Origin: Octopus bimaculoides
Lineage: Eukaryota
DNA: 39,816 nucleotides
Direction of reading: 5' to 3'
NCBI RefSeq assembly: GCF_001194135.2
Contig: NC_068999.1
Coordinates: 39,573,980-39,613,795 of the forward strand
Part shown: piece after piece, positions 12,968 through 22,952 of the stretch
How the letters are laid out: each line of letters opens with the position of its first letter
Position numbering within the stretch: the stretch's first letter is position 1
Notes under the pieces: model-generated
What the model saw: only the letters and a program-made list of their open reading frames with translations
What the model was told of the DNA's origin: nothing
Database searches by the model: none
Made by a program: the position numbers and the translations under genes

Positions 12968-12986
12968 AATAATGACAATAATAATG

Positions 12987-13017
<31 letters not shown>

Positions 13018-13142
13018 CAACAACAACAATAATAATAATAATAATAATAATAACGATGATGATGATGACGATGAGGATGATGATGATGATGATGATGAGG
13101 ACGAGGATGATGATGATGATGATGATAATAACAACAACAACA
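12968..13142. repeat. Compound AAT/AAC/GAT/GAG trinucleotide microsatellite
   Basis: Direct read; gives the poly-N/D, poly-S/L and poly-H/Y ORFs. Confidence 0.95.
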
Positions 13143-13149
13143 AATATTT

Positions 13150-13272
13150 TTACCAGCGTATAAATTTTGAAAGGAAGTATAAGTCAATATCATCGAACCC
13201 CAGTGTTTGACTGACAGCACAATTTTCCAACTCCAGAAGGATCAAAAGTAAATTTGGCATCTGACGGATTTG
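13150..13272 (-). mobile_element. SINE family A fragment
   Basis: CATCGAACCCCAGTGTTTGACTG...CCAGAAGGATCAAAAG...GGATTTG matches the reverse complement of the family A central domain. Confidence 0.6.
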
Positions 13273-13314
13273 ATTTTACTTGCATTATTTGTTTCTGATT
13301 TTGCCATAAAATAA

Positions 13315-13445
13315 CAACACTCGAGGCTTGGGGTCGATTTCATCGCCCTTATTGCTTGAACGGTATGTAGTTTAATTGACCCAGAAAGAATGAAATACTA
13401 TACTGACATCGGTGAGGTCTGAAACGAGAATTTAAGGGAACAGAT
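13315..13445 (-). mobile_element. SINE family A fragment
   Basis: GTCGATTTCATCGCCC...TTAATTGACCCAGAAAGAATGAAA...GACATCGGTGAGGTCTGAAAC matches the family A reverse complement. Confidence 0.65.
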
Positions 13446-13967
13446 CAAACATGGCAGGATATTCTTCATTGATGCTTTAGCGAATCTTATAATCCACTGC
13501 AAAATCAATAATGTCCGTTGCATCTAGGAATTCACTAAATCCTATCTTTGCACGCCCTGCCCCACATTTGCACAAGCAAAAATAACAGCAACAACATCAG
13601 TAACATCAACATCATCTAGGACACAACAACCTCCTAAGGAGACAGAGTGCAGATATGAGTAGCATATGGGAACTGGTATTAAGGAAGGATGAGAAATTAT
13701 ATTTGTAAGCCTTAAATTCACTCCATAATTACCCACGGTCATATGGCGATATATCCATCAAAGGTAAATAATGTACATTATGTTATGCATAATTAGGAAA
13801 TATTTTACATGTTAATGATGTTTTACATTCATATGAAATGAGCTGTATCACACATGAAGAGAGGGCCAACTTGAGATTTCTAATGCTTGGCAGCATTTCA
13901 TTTTAATTCTTTAGTTTTAACTTACCAGTTTAAAATGTTTTTTCTTCTCGATTCTATAATTCCTCCT

Positions 13968-14085
13968 TCTCATCATCATCATCATCATCATCCTCATCAT
14001 CATCATCATCATCACCATCATCATCATCCTCATCTTCAATATCATCATCATCATTGACCTCGTCATCACTTTTATTTTCATCATG
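13968..14085. repeat. (CAT)n microsatellite, imperfect
   Basis: Direct read. Confidence 0.93.
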
Positions 14086-16100
14086 ACTACCCTATTTGAG
14101 TGGACAAAGGAGTCCCAATAAGGCTAAAGCCTCCCTGAAATGATATCGTACCGTCTTAGAATAAGACATGTTGATTAATATAGCTGCTGTTTGCATGCAG
14201 ATAATGCACGTTTTTAATTCGCCAACGACAAACAAGAACTGAATCAGGTGAATCTGGGAAAAAGTGTTTTTACGAAACGCAACAAAAACAAAAAGCAACA
14301 CTTTTAGCAAACAGATATATATAATCCACAGTTGTTTAGAATTAGAGCAGAGACACGAGAAATAACTGAGTTGAATATATAGGAAGACTCCTAACAACGA
14401 ATGGCTCGTTTTAGTTAAAACACTTGGAGTTTCCTGTTTCTAAGTAAAAATGTATTGGTTAACCTTGTTAGAGCATTGCATACCGTAAAATAGAATAGAA
14501 ACCAGAGTTAATCCTTTGCGTAATTTTATTTTTAACCGTACCACAATTTTTGCTCCTCACCCTCTCTGCCTTTTAAATTTGTGGTTTCACATTAATGTGG
14601 AAAATTCGTTTATATGACACCAATTTTCGGTTTCTAAATGGAACCTAGTTGCGGATCCCCTTGCACATTATAGCTTTTAGATCTTAGAATATAGTTTATC
14701 TTATAATATAATCAATCGTATGGTGTAACTGATCACGGTTTCAATTGCTTTGTGATGAACTCAATATAACTTATTTTGACTGTCTTCACGAAAAAAAAGT
14801 TTACTCTTTCAATACTGCTACTTAATTAATCAACATTGGGTCTTGCAATGAAATAAAAGAGTACTTTATTAACATACCGGATGTTATTGCCACTTTCCAT
14901 TTTAATAGTTATCTAAAAGAAAGAAGACATAATGCTGCGTAAGTAACGCTGGAACTGGCTGAAAATGTGATTAAATAGAGAACTTAAATGGAGAGTTAGA
15001 TATCAATTGTTCCGTGTGAGTCTAAAAAGAGACATTGAAGATTCAAAACTTTTACTTTCGGATTCTGAAGCTTATCATGTGTCACCGTGATCCTATGCTT
15101 CTAAACGCTCTCTACTCACAGCCTATCTGAAACAGCGGTAGTGGTGAAGGTAAAGTAAAGGAGAAAGAACGGTGTCAAGGTTATCCTCAAACCGGAGAGC
15201 TAAAGACAGCCAAGTACCAGCTGCAGATAAAGCAGATATATCATGATTATGAAATACCTGAACAAATATTTCAATTCTGTTCAATTTTCAATATTTTCTT
15301 GGTAGAGTGTAAGTATATTAGAGTAGCTATACGAAGATCCATATTCTGACATGTGTATATTCATATAACCTTAGATATTTTAGTGAAGCGTTATGCAAAC
15401 TAAACATAATATAGCAGATACCTTTAATAAATATTCCCAATAAATTGTCGGTGTATGTGTATGCAAGTTATATCACATTATAACTTATTCATTCGAATCA
15501 ATAATCGACAAGTGTAGAAGTACAGCAAACTAAAAGGATTCGGAGAATATTCCTATCATTAATATGGAATATATGCTGTCATTGATTATATTAACGGAGC
15601 GGTGTTTGCATGAAGGCTATTGGTGGGTATATTGAACGCATTTTGTGAGAAAAAATATTTATATATTCATTTTACTGTTATACGCCAATTCATACACAAT
15701 GTAATATATTTGTTTCGCAGTTATCTGTTTTAAAAGCTAAACCAAATGAAACAACAATGACGACAACAGAGACGACGGCGGAAACAGCAACAGCATAATC
15801 ACCATACATGTGAAGAGGTTAACAAGCTGACTCTGTTTATTGCTAAGAATTTTCGCAATATTCCGATCTTCCAGCATGCACAATGCAGAATAATCCATTC
15901 AGCTCAATTTGTTCTCTAACGGTAGTATGTAACGAAACACCGATTTTGTTACAAAATGTGTGAATCTAAAAATATTCATTATGTCCAGGACGGTGTACGA
16001 CAAAATTGGTAAAACTTTAAGCAGAAGTAATTCTTTCATTTAGCTTTGTTCTCTTAACTACTCAAATGGAGATTTGCGATTGTCGAGTTTTGTCATTCGT

Positions 16101-16114
16101 CCACCAGGAGGCAA
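16101..16114 (+). promoter_or_regulatory. CTCF-like core motif CCACCAGGAGGCAA
   Basis: Close to the bilaterian CTCF core (CCASYAGRKGGCRS), a GC-rich word in AT-rich surroundings. Single motif only. Confidence 0.25.
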
Positions 16115-17039
16115 GAATTATATTCCAATGAAGGCGAGTCTCAGGTGCACGATAGACATAACGGTAAAATTATAATAGGAATTTAATGAAACACCATTTG
16201 ACGAACGTTTTCAATTCTACTGACTCAAACTTCTTCTATAATCAGCAAAAGATACCAAAATAGCTTCCGTTTATGAAACTAGGGCGGTGGATTACTAGAA
16301 CAATTACGATATATTTTTTCAGATGTCGTAAGATCACTCCAGTATGTATTTAACGTTTGCAGTTGGGTGTCTCCATTTTAGACCCCCACACACATATATA
16401 TCAATCTCTCTATGTATATGTGTGTGTATACCTGTATATATGTGTGTTTAATTACACACATGTTTATATAATTATATATAGATGTGTAGATCACAAAATA
16501 TATTTTATCTACGTATATTTTTCAACTCTATAATTAATTTGAGCAAGTTCTATTTGTAATGCTGGAAGTCGTTTCGATAAGTCGATGATGGAAGTCGTTT
16601 CAATAATAATAGTACGGTATTGATAATAATTCCGCGATTTTAATTAAAATATAATTTATTCACCATTTATTTTCACTATTTGATATTAAATAATCTGATA
16701 TAATTATTTTCAATATATATGTAATATCATAATATTTGCATTATATCTCAAGTGACGTATAAACCCAAGCACATATATACATGTACATTTGTATTAATGG
16801 GTTTAATCTTTTTAGCTTTGACAATTCTTTTTTAGATATTTCTTGTGTCAGTGTATTATATTTTTGGTGTGATTGTATTTCTGCTTAGTTTGTAGCTTGT
16901 TTATAGCTCTCGATAAGGACTGAGACATATATCATTTCATTTACTATGCTGCGGTTTGTATGTTTAGAGACCATGTTGCTTGCTCAGTTTATAATATTCT
17001 TATATTAGTCGGTATAAGAGAGACGCACTAGTCGCTTTC

Positions 17040-17340
17040 CATTCCTACCACATACGTTGCTGTATACAGTAATTCGTTTAACGTGTCTACGATGAAATTT
17101 ATGTTAGTTTTAATTAAATCTACCCTTACTAGGTGGTTCATTTTATTTTGCCGTTGTGGCTCTTCGTCGCTGAACTTTATCTAGGAAAGATGTTTTCGAA
17201 TATTTTCTTTGCTGAGTAGCAAAATCTGATTTTAATTCTTTCATAAGTTTAATATCTTAGAATGTCATGTTTGTAATTTACTACTTCAAAATTTCTTATT
17301 CTTAGCTATTCCTAATATTAACTTTTATTCCAATTGTTTT
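17040..17340 (-). mobile_element. Very decayed CR1/L2-clade LINE RT C-terminal remnant
   Basis: Minus frame from 17187 reads FLDKVQRRRATTAK*NEPPSKGRFN*N*HKFHRRHVKRITVYSNVCG, against the CR1-type pattern LEKVQRRATK...YEERL..L.L.SL..RR..GDMI.VYK...G. A weak upstream KLILGIAK segment is also present. Judged by eye. Confidence 0.35.
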
Positions 17341-18377
17341 TGTTGTTCATAAGGTCTTTGTTGGCCAATCTTTTGTGTGTATAACAGTGTTTCGTTTAAA
17401 AATTTCGATATTTCGTCTGCTTGTTGTGTACAAGTTAACTCTATTACGACGGCGGCTCACATCGCTGCATTTCAATGGTTTTCTTTTTCACTTGTAATTT
17501 AGGTTTGCACTGTATATCTTTTCTCATTGTCTACTTTGATAATGATTATTTTCGATAATATATTTTCATAACGCAACTTCTTAATTATGTACCTTCGTAA
17601 GATAATAAGATGGATAAGCTGTAAAGAAATAATTTCAAATTAGGAATACATTTAAATTAGGAATACATTTTCTTCAAATTAATCCGAGAAGTTATTCTAT
17701 GTTAGACTGTAGCTTCAAAATGCGTATGCAGTATTTAAAATTACTGCACTCGTATTCTCTAACGCATTATGTATTTTAACTGTGAATGAACAGATGAAGT
17801 GCAGCCTTTAAATTATATTCTCATATTTTTCTTCGAATATTAATATATCTAATCCTGGCTATTATGAATGTTAAAGGCCCTATTTTCACACTTGACATAT
17901 TTCAGATTCAAAGCAAGCATTCTCCTTTTAAACATAATGATAAGCATTTTATTTTTAACAGTTTATATATGCGGATGCCTCTTACTACATAGGCACCGAC
18001 TTACAGGTATACTTGAATATATATTTATATATATGAGTGCATGCGTGTATATGCTTCTATATGTGTGTGCTTGTATGTTTATGATGCTAGTGGGTGTGTA
18101 TAACAAAGACAAAGACAATAGTTGGAATGTAGTAAATCAAATTATTTCGAGTTTAAATGCAATTATAATGGTTCGCATGATAGCCATTGATGTTCATTAA
18201 CTGAAATGTTTAATTTGAAGAAAAGGAATTTAAATAGTTTAGCTGGTTTGAAATTGCATTTGAAAAAAAATAATTCTTCCAGATCATTCAGAAAAACCAA
18301 TTAATAAATCCGTTCGTTTATATAAAATATTTCTTTGTATTTTGTAAGTTTATTTATTAGAAAGATATGTACTTTTG

Positions 18378-18482
18378 CTATATGTGTGTATGTATGTATG
18401 TATGTATGTATGTATGTATGTATGTGTGTGTGTATGTATGTATGTATGTATGTGTGTATGTGTGTATGTATATATATATGTA

Positions 18483-18514
<32 letters not shown>

Positions 18515-18860
18515 GGTGTGTGTGTGTGTATGTGTGTGCATACACACACGCATAGAGAGACTGACAGAGAAAGAGATAAATAGATATGTATATAATTATA
18601 TATGTTTATATGTTTACGTATGTATATAAATATATTTGGTATATATATATATATGCGTGTGTGTGTCTGAGTAAGTGAGTTAGCGTACTTATGTGTGTGT
18701 TTATATACACGCATACATATACATACACAGGCGCAAACACACATAAATCTACTCACTCACACACACACGCACATATATACATATATACGTATATATATAT
18801 ATGTATATATATATACATACACACACACATACATACATATATATGTATATATTAGCAGCA
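18378..18860. repeat. Compound (TATG)n/(TA)n/(TG)n/(CA)n microsatellite field
   Basis: Direct read. Confidence 0.92.
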
Positions 18861-19752
18861 TAAAAAAATGAAGTAATTAGAGGTTAACAGCATATGATTA
18901 CAAATCAGCAGAGACTAGATGGAAATTCGCGAACCATGGAGACAACACAAGAGAGTGATTCAGAAAGAAAATAAATAAAGAGAAAGTTACTGATGTAGAA
19001 GAAAGAGAGACTGAAAGACAAACAGATTTAACGTGACACATGTGCATGTAAAGAAAGATGATTAAGAATGAGCTGACTGTAATGTCTGAACCAGTCACAC
19101 ATTTCAACTAGTCAATTGAAGTAGAACAATAAATGTAAAACGGATATAACAAGAAAAAAGCAATCTAATAAAAATAAACAGAGAAACCCTTCTAAAAAAA
19201 AAAAAAAAGAAACGACATATTGTGTTTCTTCATTAGACGTTTAAACAATGTCATAAGTGAATTACAATGAAGCCATTAGTAGCAAGTAGAAGGATCAAAA
19301 TTAAAATCTCTCCAGACCTGAACGATATAAATTGGCTTGAAATTATAGTACTTCAATAGATAACACCTTCAAAGATTTTTGTACGAATTAGGGGAGAAAA
19401 AAAAAATCTGTATATCAGCTATCTATTCTCGTTGTTTGTTTCGTTGTTTTTTTTTTTATTTCTTTTGGTCTGTGATGTAGAGTATGTCATACAATGGTCA
19501 AAAGATTAGCGATTAGTTTAGCAGGTCACAATTTTGGTATAATGGGACTGTAAATTCGTTACATTCAAAGACTACTTTCTTTTTGTATTAACACTTTACA
19601 AAATTCTCCATCATTTTGAACGAGAAAAGTCTAGCATGTTCTCTCCTTGACCAATGCCGTGTAACCGAATTGTATTAGACGTGATCTGTTCCTAATGTCA
19701 TATATATATATGTGTGTATGTGTATGTATATATATATATATATTATATAAGT

Positions 19753-20078
19753 AGGCGTGACTGCGTGGTACGAAGATTGCTTCCCAACCACATGGTTCCG
19801 GATTCAGTCCCGCTGGGTGGCACCTTGGTTGAGTGTCTTCTACTATAGACTGAGGCCGACCAAATCTTTGTCAGTGGATTCGGTTGGCAGTAACTGAACG
19901 AAATCCATCGTGTATATATGTATGTTTATGCATCAGTGTTTGTCTCTCCACCATCGATTGACAACCAATGGTTGTGTGTTTATGTCCCCGTAAATTAGCA
20001 GTTCGATAAAAGTGGGCGTTAGGTTTACAAATAATATGTCATGGAGGCGATTTCTTCGACTGAAGGCGGTACTCCAGC
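19753..20078 (+). mobile_element. SINE family B, near full-length tRNA-derived copy
   Basis: A-box-like TGACTGCGTGG and B-box-like GGATTCAGTCCC, then GGCACCTTGG..AGTGTCTTCTACTATAG, an internal (TA/TG) tract and a 3' part ending GAAGGCGGTACTCCAGC before (TAGA)n. Homologous to the copies at 9270, 27600 and 38640. Confidence 0.88.
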
Positions 20079-21774
20079 TAGATAGATAGATAAATCTGTA
20101 GGTCTGCCAATATATTTGCATAGGAATTAAATATAGATAATGTCAGAAAAGTTAGTCAAGGAACTCAATAAAACACATCAGCAATGTGAAGGAATATTTT
20201 TCACGATCACCTGGGGATATCATTCTATGAATCAAACATAATCATTAGCTGCATGCTTGTACTGAAATCGTTCTGGCTAGGAGATCATATTTTGCGACTT
20301 TTAGCGAATCAGTTTGGAAATGCTGCAATGTTGGGAAGAGTGAAAAAACAAGGAAAGCAAAATTAAAAAGAAAGGGTCATCTTCAAAGCAACTCGAGCCG
20401 GACCTTTCAAAATTTCTTCTGGAGTCCGATGATGAGACTGAGATAAGCAGCAAGAACTGCGGTAGATCAAATGCTGTACAACTCACAATATGGAAGGACC
20501 TATTGTAGGACGAAATAAGTCAGCACAAAAGTTGTTTCGACACCATGTTTAATACAAATACACTTTCACATATACAGCTATAATGATAAGAGGGATGTAT
20601 TGAACATCGCTTTCTCCACCATGCATGTAGACGAGTGGAAACACAACTGAGCCAATATTTGGCCACATAGTACATAAAATGAAAATGCATTACATTAGTT
20701 TCACTAAAGAATTGGGAAGATTGATATATGAAAGTCTTTGCATTCATGCAGAATATCTTGTATGCAAACATTAAAAGAAAAGAAAAAAACGAATTTGTAG
20801 TTGTATTTATTGCTTTTCCTTGTTGCACCAAAATCTGTATTATTTTCCTGGAAATGTTCCAAGCGAAATTCTATACGTCACACGATCTCTTTCTTGCATA
20901 GTTTCAGGTATTTCATTTCTGTGCTGTTATCATAGCCGTTGTTTTCAATGCCTAAATGCATTATGTCTGCAATCGCACGATATTACACTGACTGCATATC
21001 AATTTTTATGCTAGCCAATAATTCAAAATCGTTCAATCTTTTTTTCACAGAAACCTTCCTTGCAGTTATATCGATATTCTTCAATAAGCAATTTGTGTTA
21101 CATATCCTAGATATATTGTGGAAGACACACATATATGTGTGCACACAAGCACACGCATAGAAATGCATACATACACATACACACGCGTACGCACACACAC
21201 CTGAATGCACACATATAAATACGCACATATAAACTGCATACATACACGTACGCATCCACATAAGAATGATAAAGTGAGCATTTCACCCGCACCTATGTTT
21301 TTTAGATCTAACATTATCAATTATTATTGCTTCGCGCAGCCGCGTTCCTTTGTAAAGGAATAGTTCTAGTTTTCTTCCGCCTGGTTCTGGCAAAAACATA
21401 AATCTTTGGAAACTAGATGAAAAGTCTGAGTGTAAACTGTTTCTTTTTCTGCGAAGGACACAACAAGTATTTCAGTTCAAAATTGTGTTAGAATGTGAAA
21501 CTGGTCATGAAGCTGCTCTCATTTGTAAAATAGAGTCAACATTGGGTCGAGGGAATGGAGAACAAAGCCACTTGAGGGGAAATCTCCACAACTGAATTTT
21601 CCATCGACATCTGTTTTGCTCTTCCTTTGGCATAGGGGAATGTATTATATCGAGAATTTCTCTCAAACATTTTTTCGAAATTTCATTTTACATGATACGT
21701 TACTCGTACCCGATTCTATGATTTTTTTTATTTCAGTGACGGTGACACCGTGTGGATGAATGAAGTGATTACGA

Positions 21775-21853
21775 TCGTTACGACGACGATGATGATGACG
21801 ATGATAATGATGACGATGATAATGATGACGATGATAATGATGACGATGAAAAT
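21775..21853. repeat. GAT-based tract with a higher-order 15-bp unit GACGATGATAATGAT (about 3.6 copies, 21797-21853)
   Basis: Direct read; abuts the 3' end of the minus-strand SINE at 21855. Confidence 0.9.
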
Positions 21854-21854
21854 A

Positions 21855-22001
21855 ATTTCAAAATTTGCCACAAGGGCAGCAATTTTTTTGGTGAGGAATA
21901 ATGGATTAGATCAGCCCCAGTGTTTTACTTGTATTTATTTCATCGCCATTGAAAGGATGAAAGAAAAGTCGATCTCGATGGAATTTGAACTCAGAACGTA
22001 G
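21855..22001 (-). mobile_element. SINE family A 3' two-thirds (B box to tail)
   Basis: Reverse complement reads CTACGTTCTGAGTTCAAATTCC...CTTTCATCCTTTC...AAATTGCTGCCCTTGTGGCAAATTTTGAAA. Confidence 0.85.
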
Positions 22002-22042
22002 CTGTTAAGCAGTTTATTATTATTAAGCTGTTTAGCTCTTTA

Positions 22043-22043
22043 T

Positions 22044-22100
<57 letters not shown>

Positions 22101-22192
22101 TATTATTATTATTATTATTATTATTATTGTTATTATTATTATTGTTGTTGTTGTTGTTTTTGTTGTTGTTGTTGTTGTTATTATTATTATTA

Positions 22193-22242
<50 letters not shown>

Positions 22243-22275
22243 GTTATTATTATTATTATTATTACTATTATTATG
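22043..22275. repeat. (AAT)n directly followed by (ATT/GTT)n, forming an inverted trinucleotide repeat
   Basis: About 18 AAT units switch to ATT at about 22100. Confidence 0.95.
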
Positions 22276-22324
22276 TGAACGAGCAGCGCATTATCATTAT
22301 GATTTGAAGAGGCTTGATGTTTGA

Positions 22325-22450
22325 ATTTGAAATCTTCCTAGGGTATCTTTGTATCGATAAGTACCAAACAAGTACTGCAGTCAAGCGATATCTTTTAACT
22401 CCTTCCGCTCAAAATTGCTGGACTTGTCACTATATTACAAAAAATTCTTA
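22325..22450 (+). mobile_element. SINE family A 3' fragment
   Basis: TCGATAAGTACCA...TACTGCAGTC...AAAATTGCTGGACTTGT. Confidence 0.6.
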
Positions 22451-22562
22451 TTTGACAAAAATCGGAAAATCAATGCTTCTTTCAAGGTGAAGGTCGATGA
22501 TATTAAGTTAAACTCTTTCTAGCTAATGCCCATGTTTCTAGAATCGGATCTCTATGATCATG

Positions 22563-22745
22563 TTTGGCAGAATGGGGAGAGCCTTGCAAAAGTTGCCTTG
22601 CGAATTTGTTCTGTTTTCTTGCGCTGTGGGTTGAAATCCTGCTGAAGTCAGCTTTAGCTTCCTACCCTCCGGGGTACCAGCCGAATAGTAGGATCAATTT
22701 AATCGATTATGCGCATACACCAAATTGCTGACCTTGCGCTTATGT
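22563..22745 (+). mobile_element. SINE family A decayed full-length copy
   Basis: TGGCAGAATGG A box, GGGTTGAAATCC B box, and AAATTGCTGACCTTGCGC tail. Confidence 0.7.
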
Positions 22746-22784
22746 TAAAAACATTTACTTTAGCTTTGTATCTGGCTCAATCCG

Positions 22785-22920
22785 TGTGTGTGTATGTGTG
22801 TGTGTGTGTGTGTGAGTGTGCGTGTGTAAGTGCGTGTCTGTCGGTTTATGTGTGTCCGTGCGAGTGTATGTGCATGCGTGAGTGTGTAACTGTGTTTGTT
22901 CATCTGCATGTGTGTCGCGC

Positions 22921-22952
<32 letters not shown>
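22785..22952. repeat. (TG)n imperfect microsatellite
   Basis: Direct read. Confidence 0.9.

Noticed and set aside
11241-13220. Poly-N/D/E, poly-H, poly-S/L and poly-I ORFs suggesting biomineralisation or low-complexity proteins
   Set aside because: Pure trinucleotide microsatellites adjacent to retroposon tails, open in several frames on both strands.
13528-13662. Open frame EFTKSYLCTPCPTFAQAKITATTSVTSTSSRTQQPPKETECRYE*
   Set aside because: Weak acceptor, and the T/S-rich core is a degenerate AAC/ATC microsatellite.
15721-15798. Possible terminal exon LSVLKAKPNETTMTTTETTAETATA*
   Set aside because: Thr-rich part derives from a degenerate (ACA/ACG)n repeat; no other support.
17637-17670. 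17-bp tandem duplication AAATTAGGAATACATTT x2
   Set aside because: Real, but an ordinary slippage duplication with no functional cue.
19753-19815. tRNA genes at SINE heads (also 31605-31690)
   Set aside because: A/B boxes are present but there is no cloverleaf or acceptor stem; they continue into SINE bodies.
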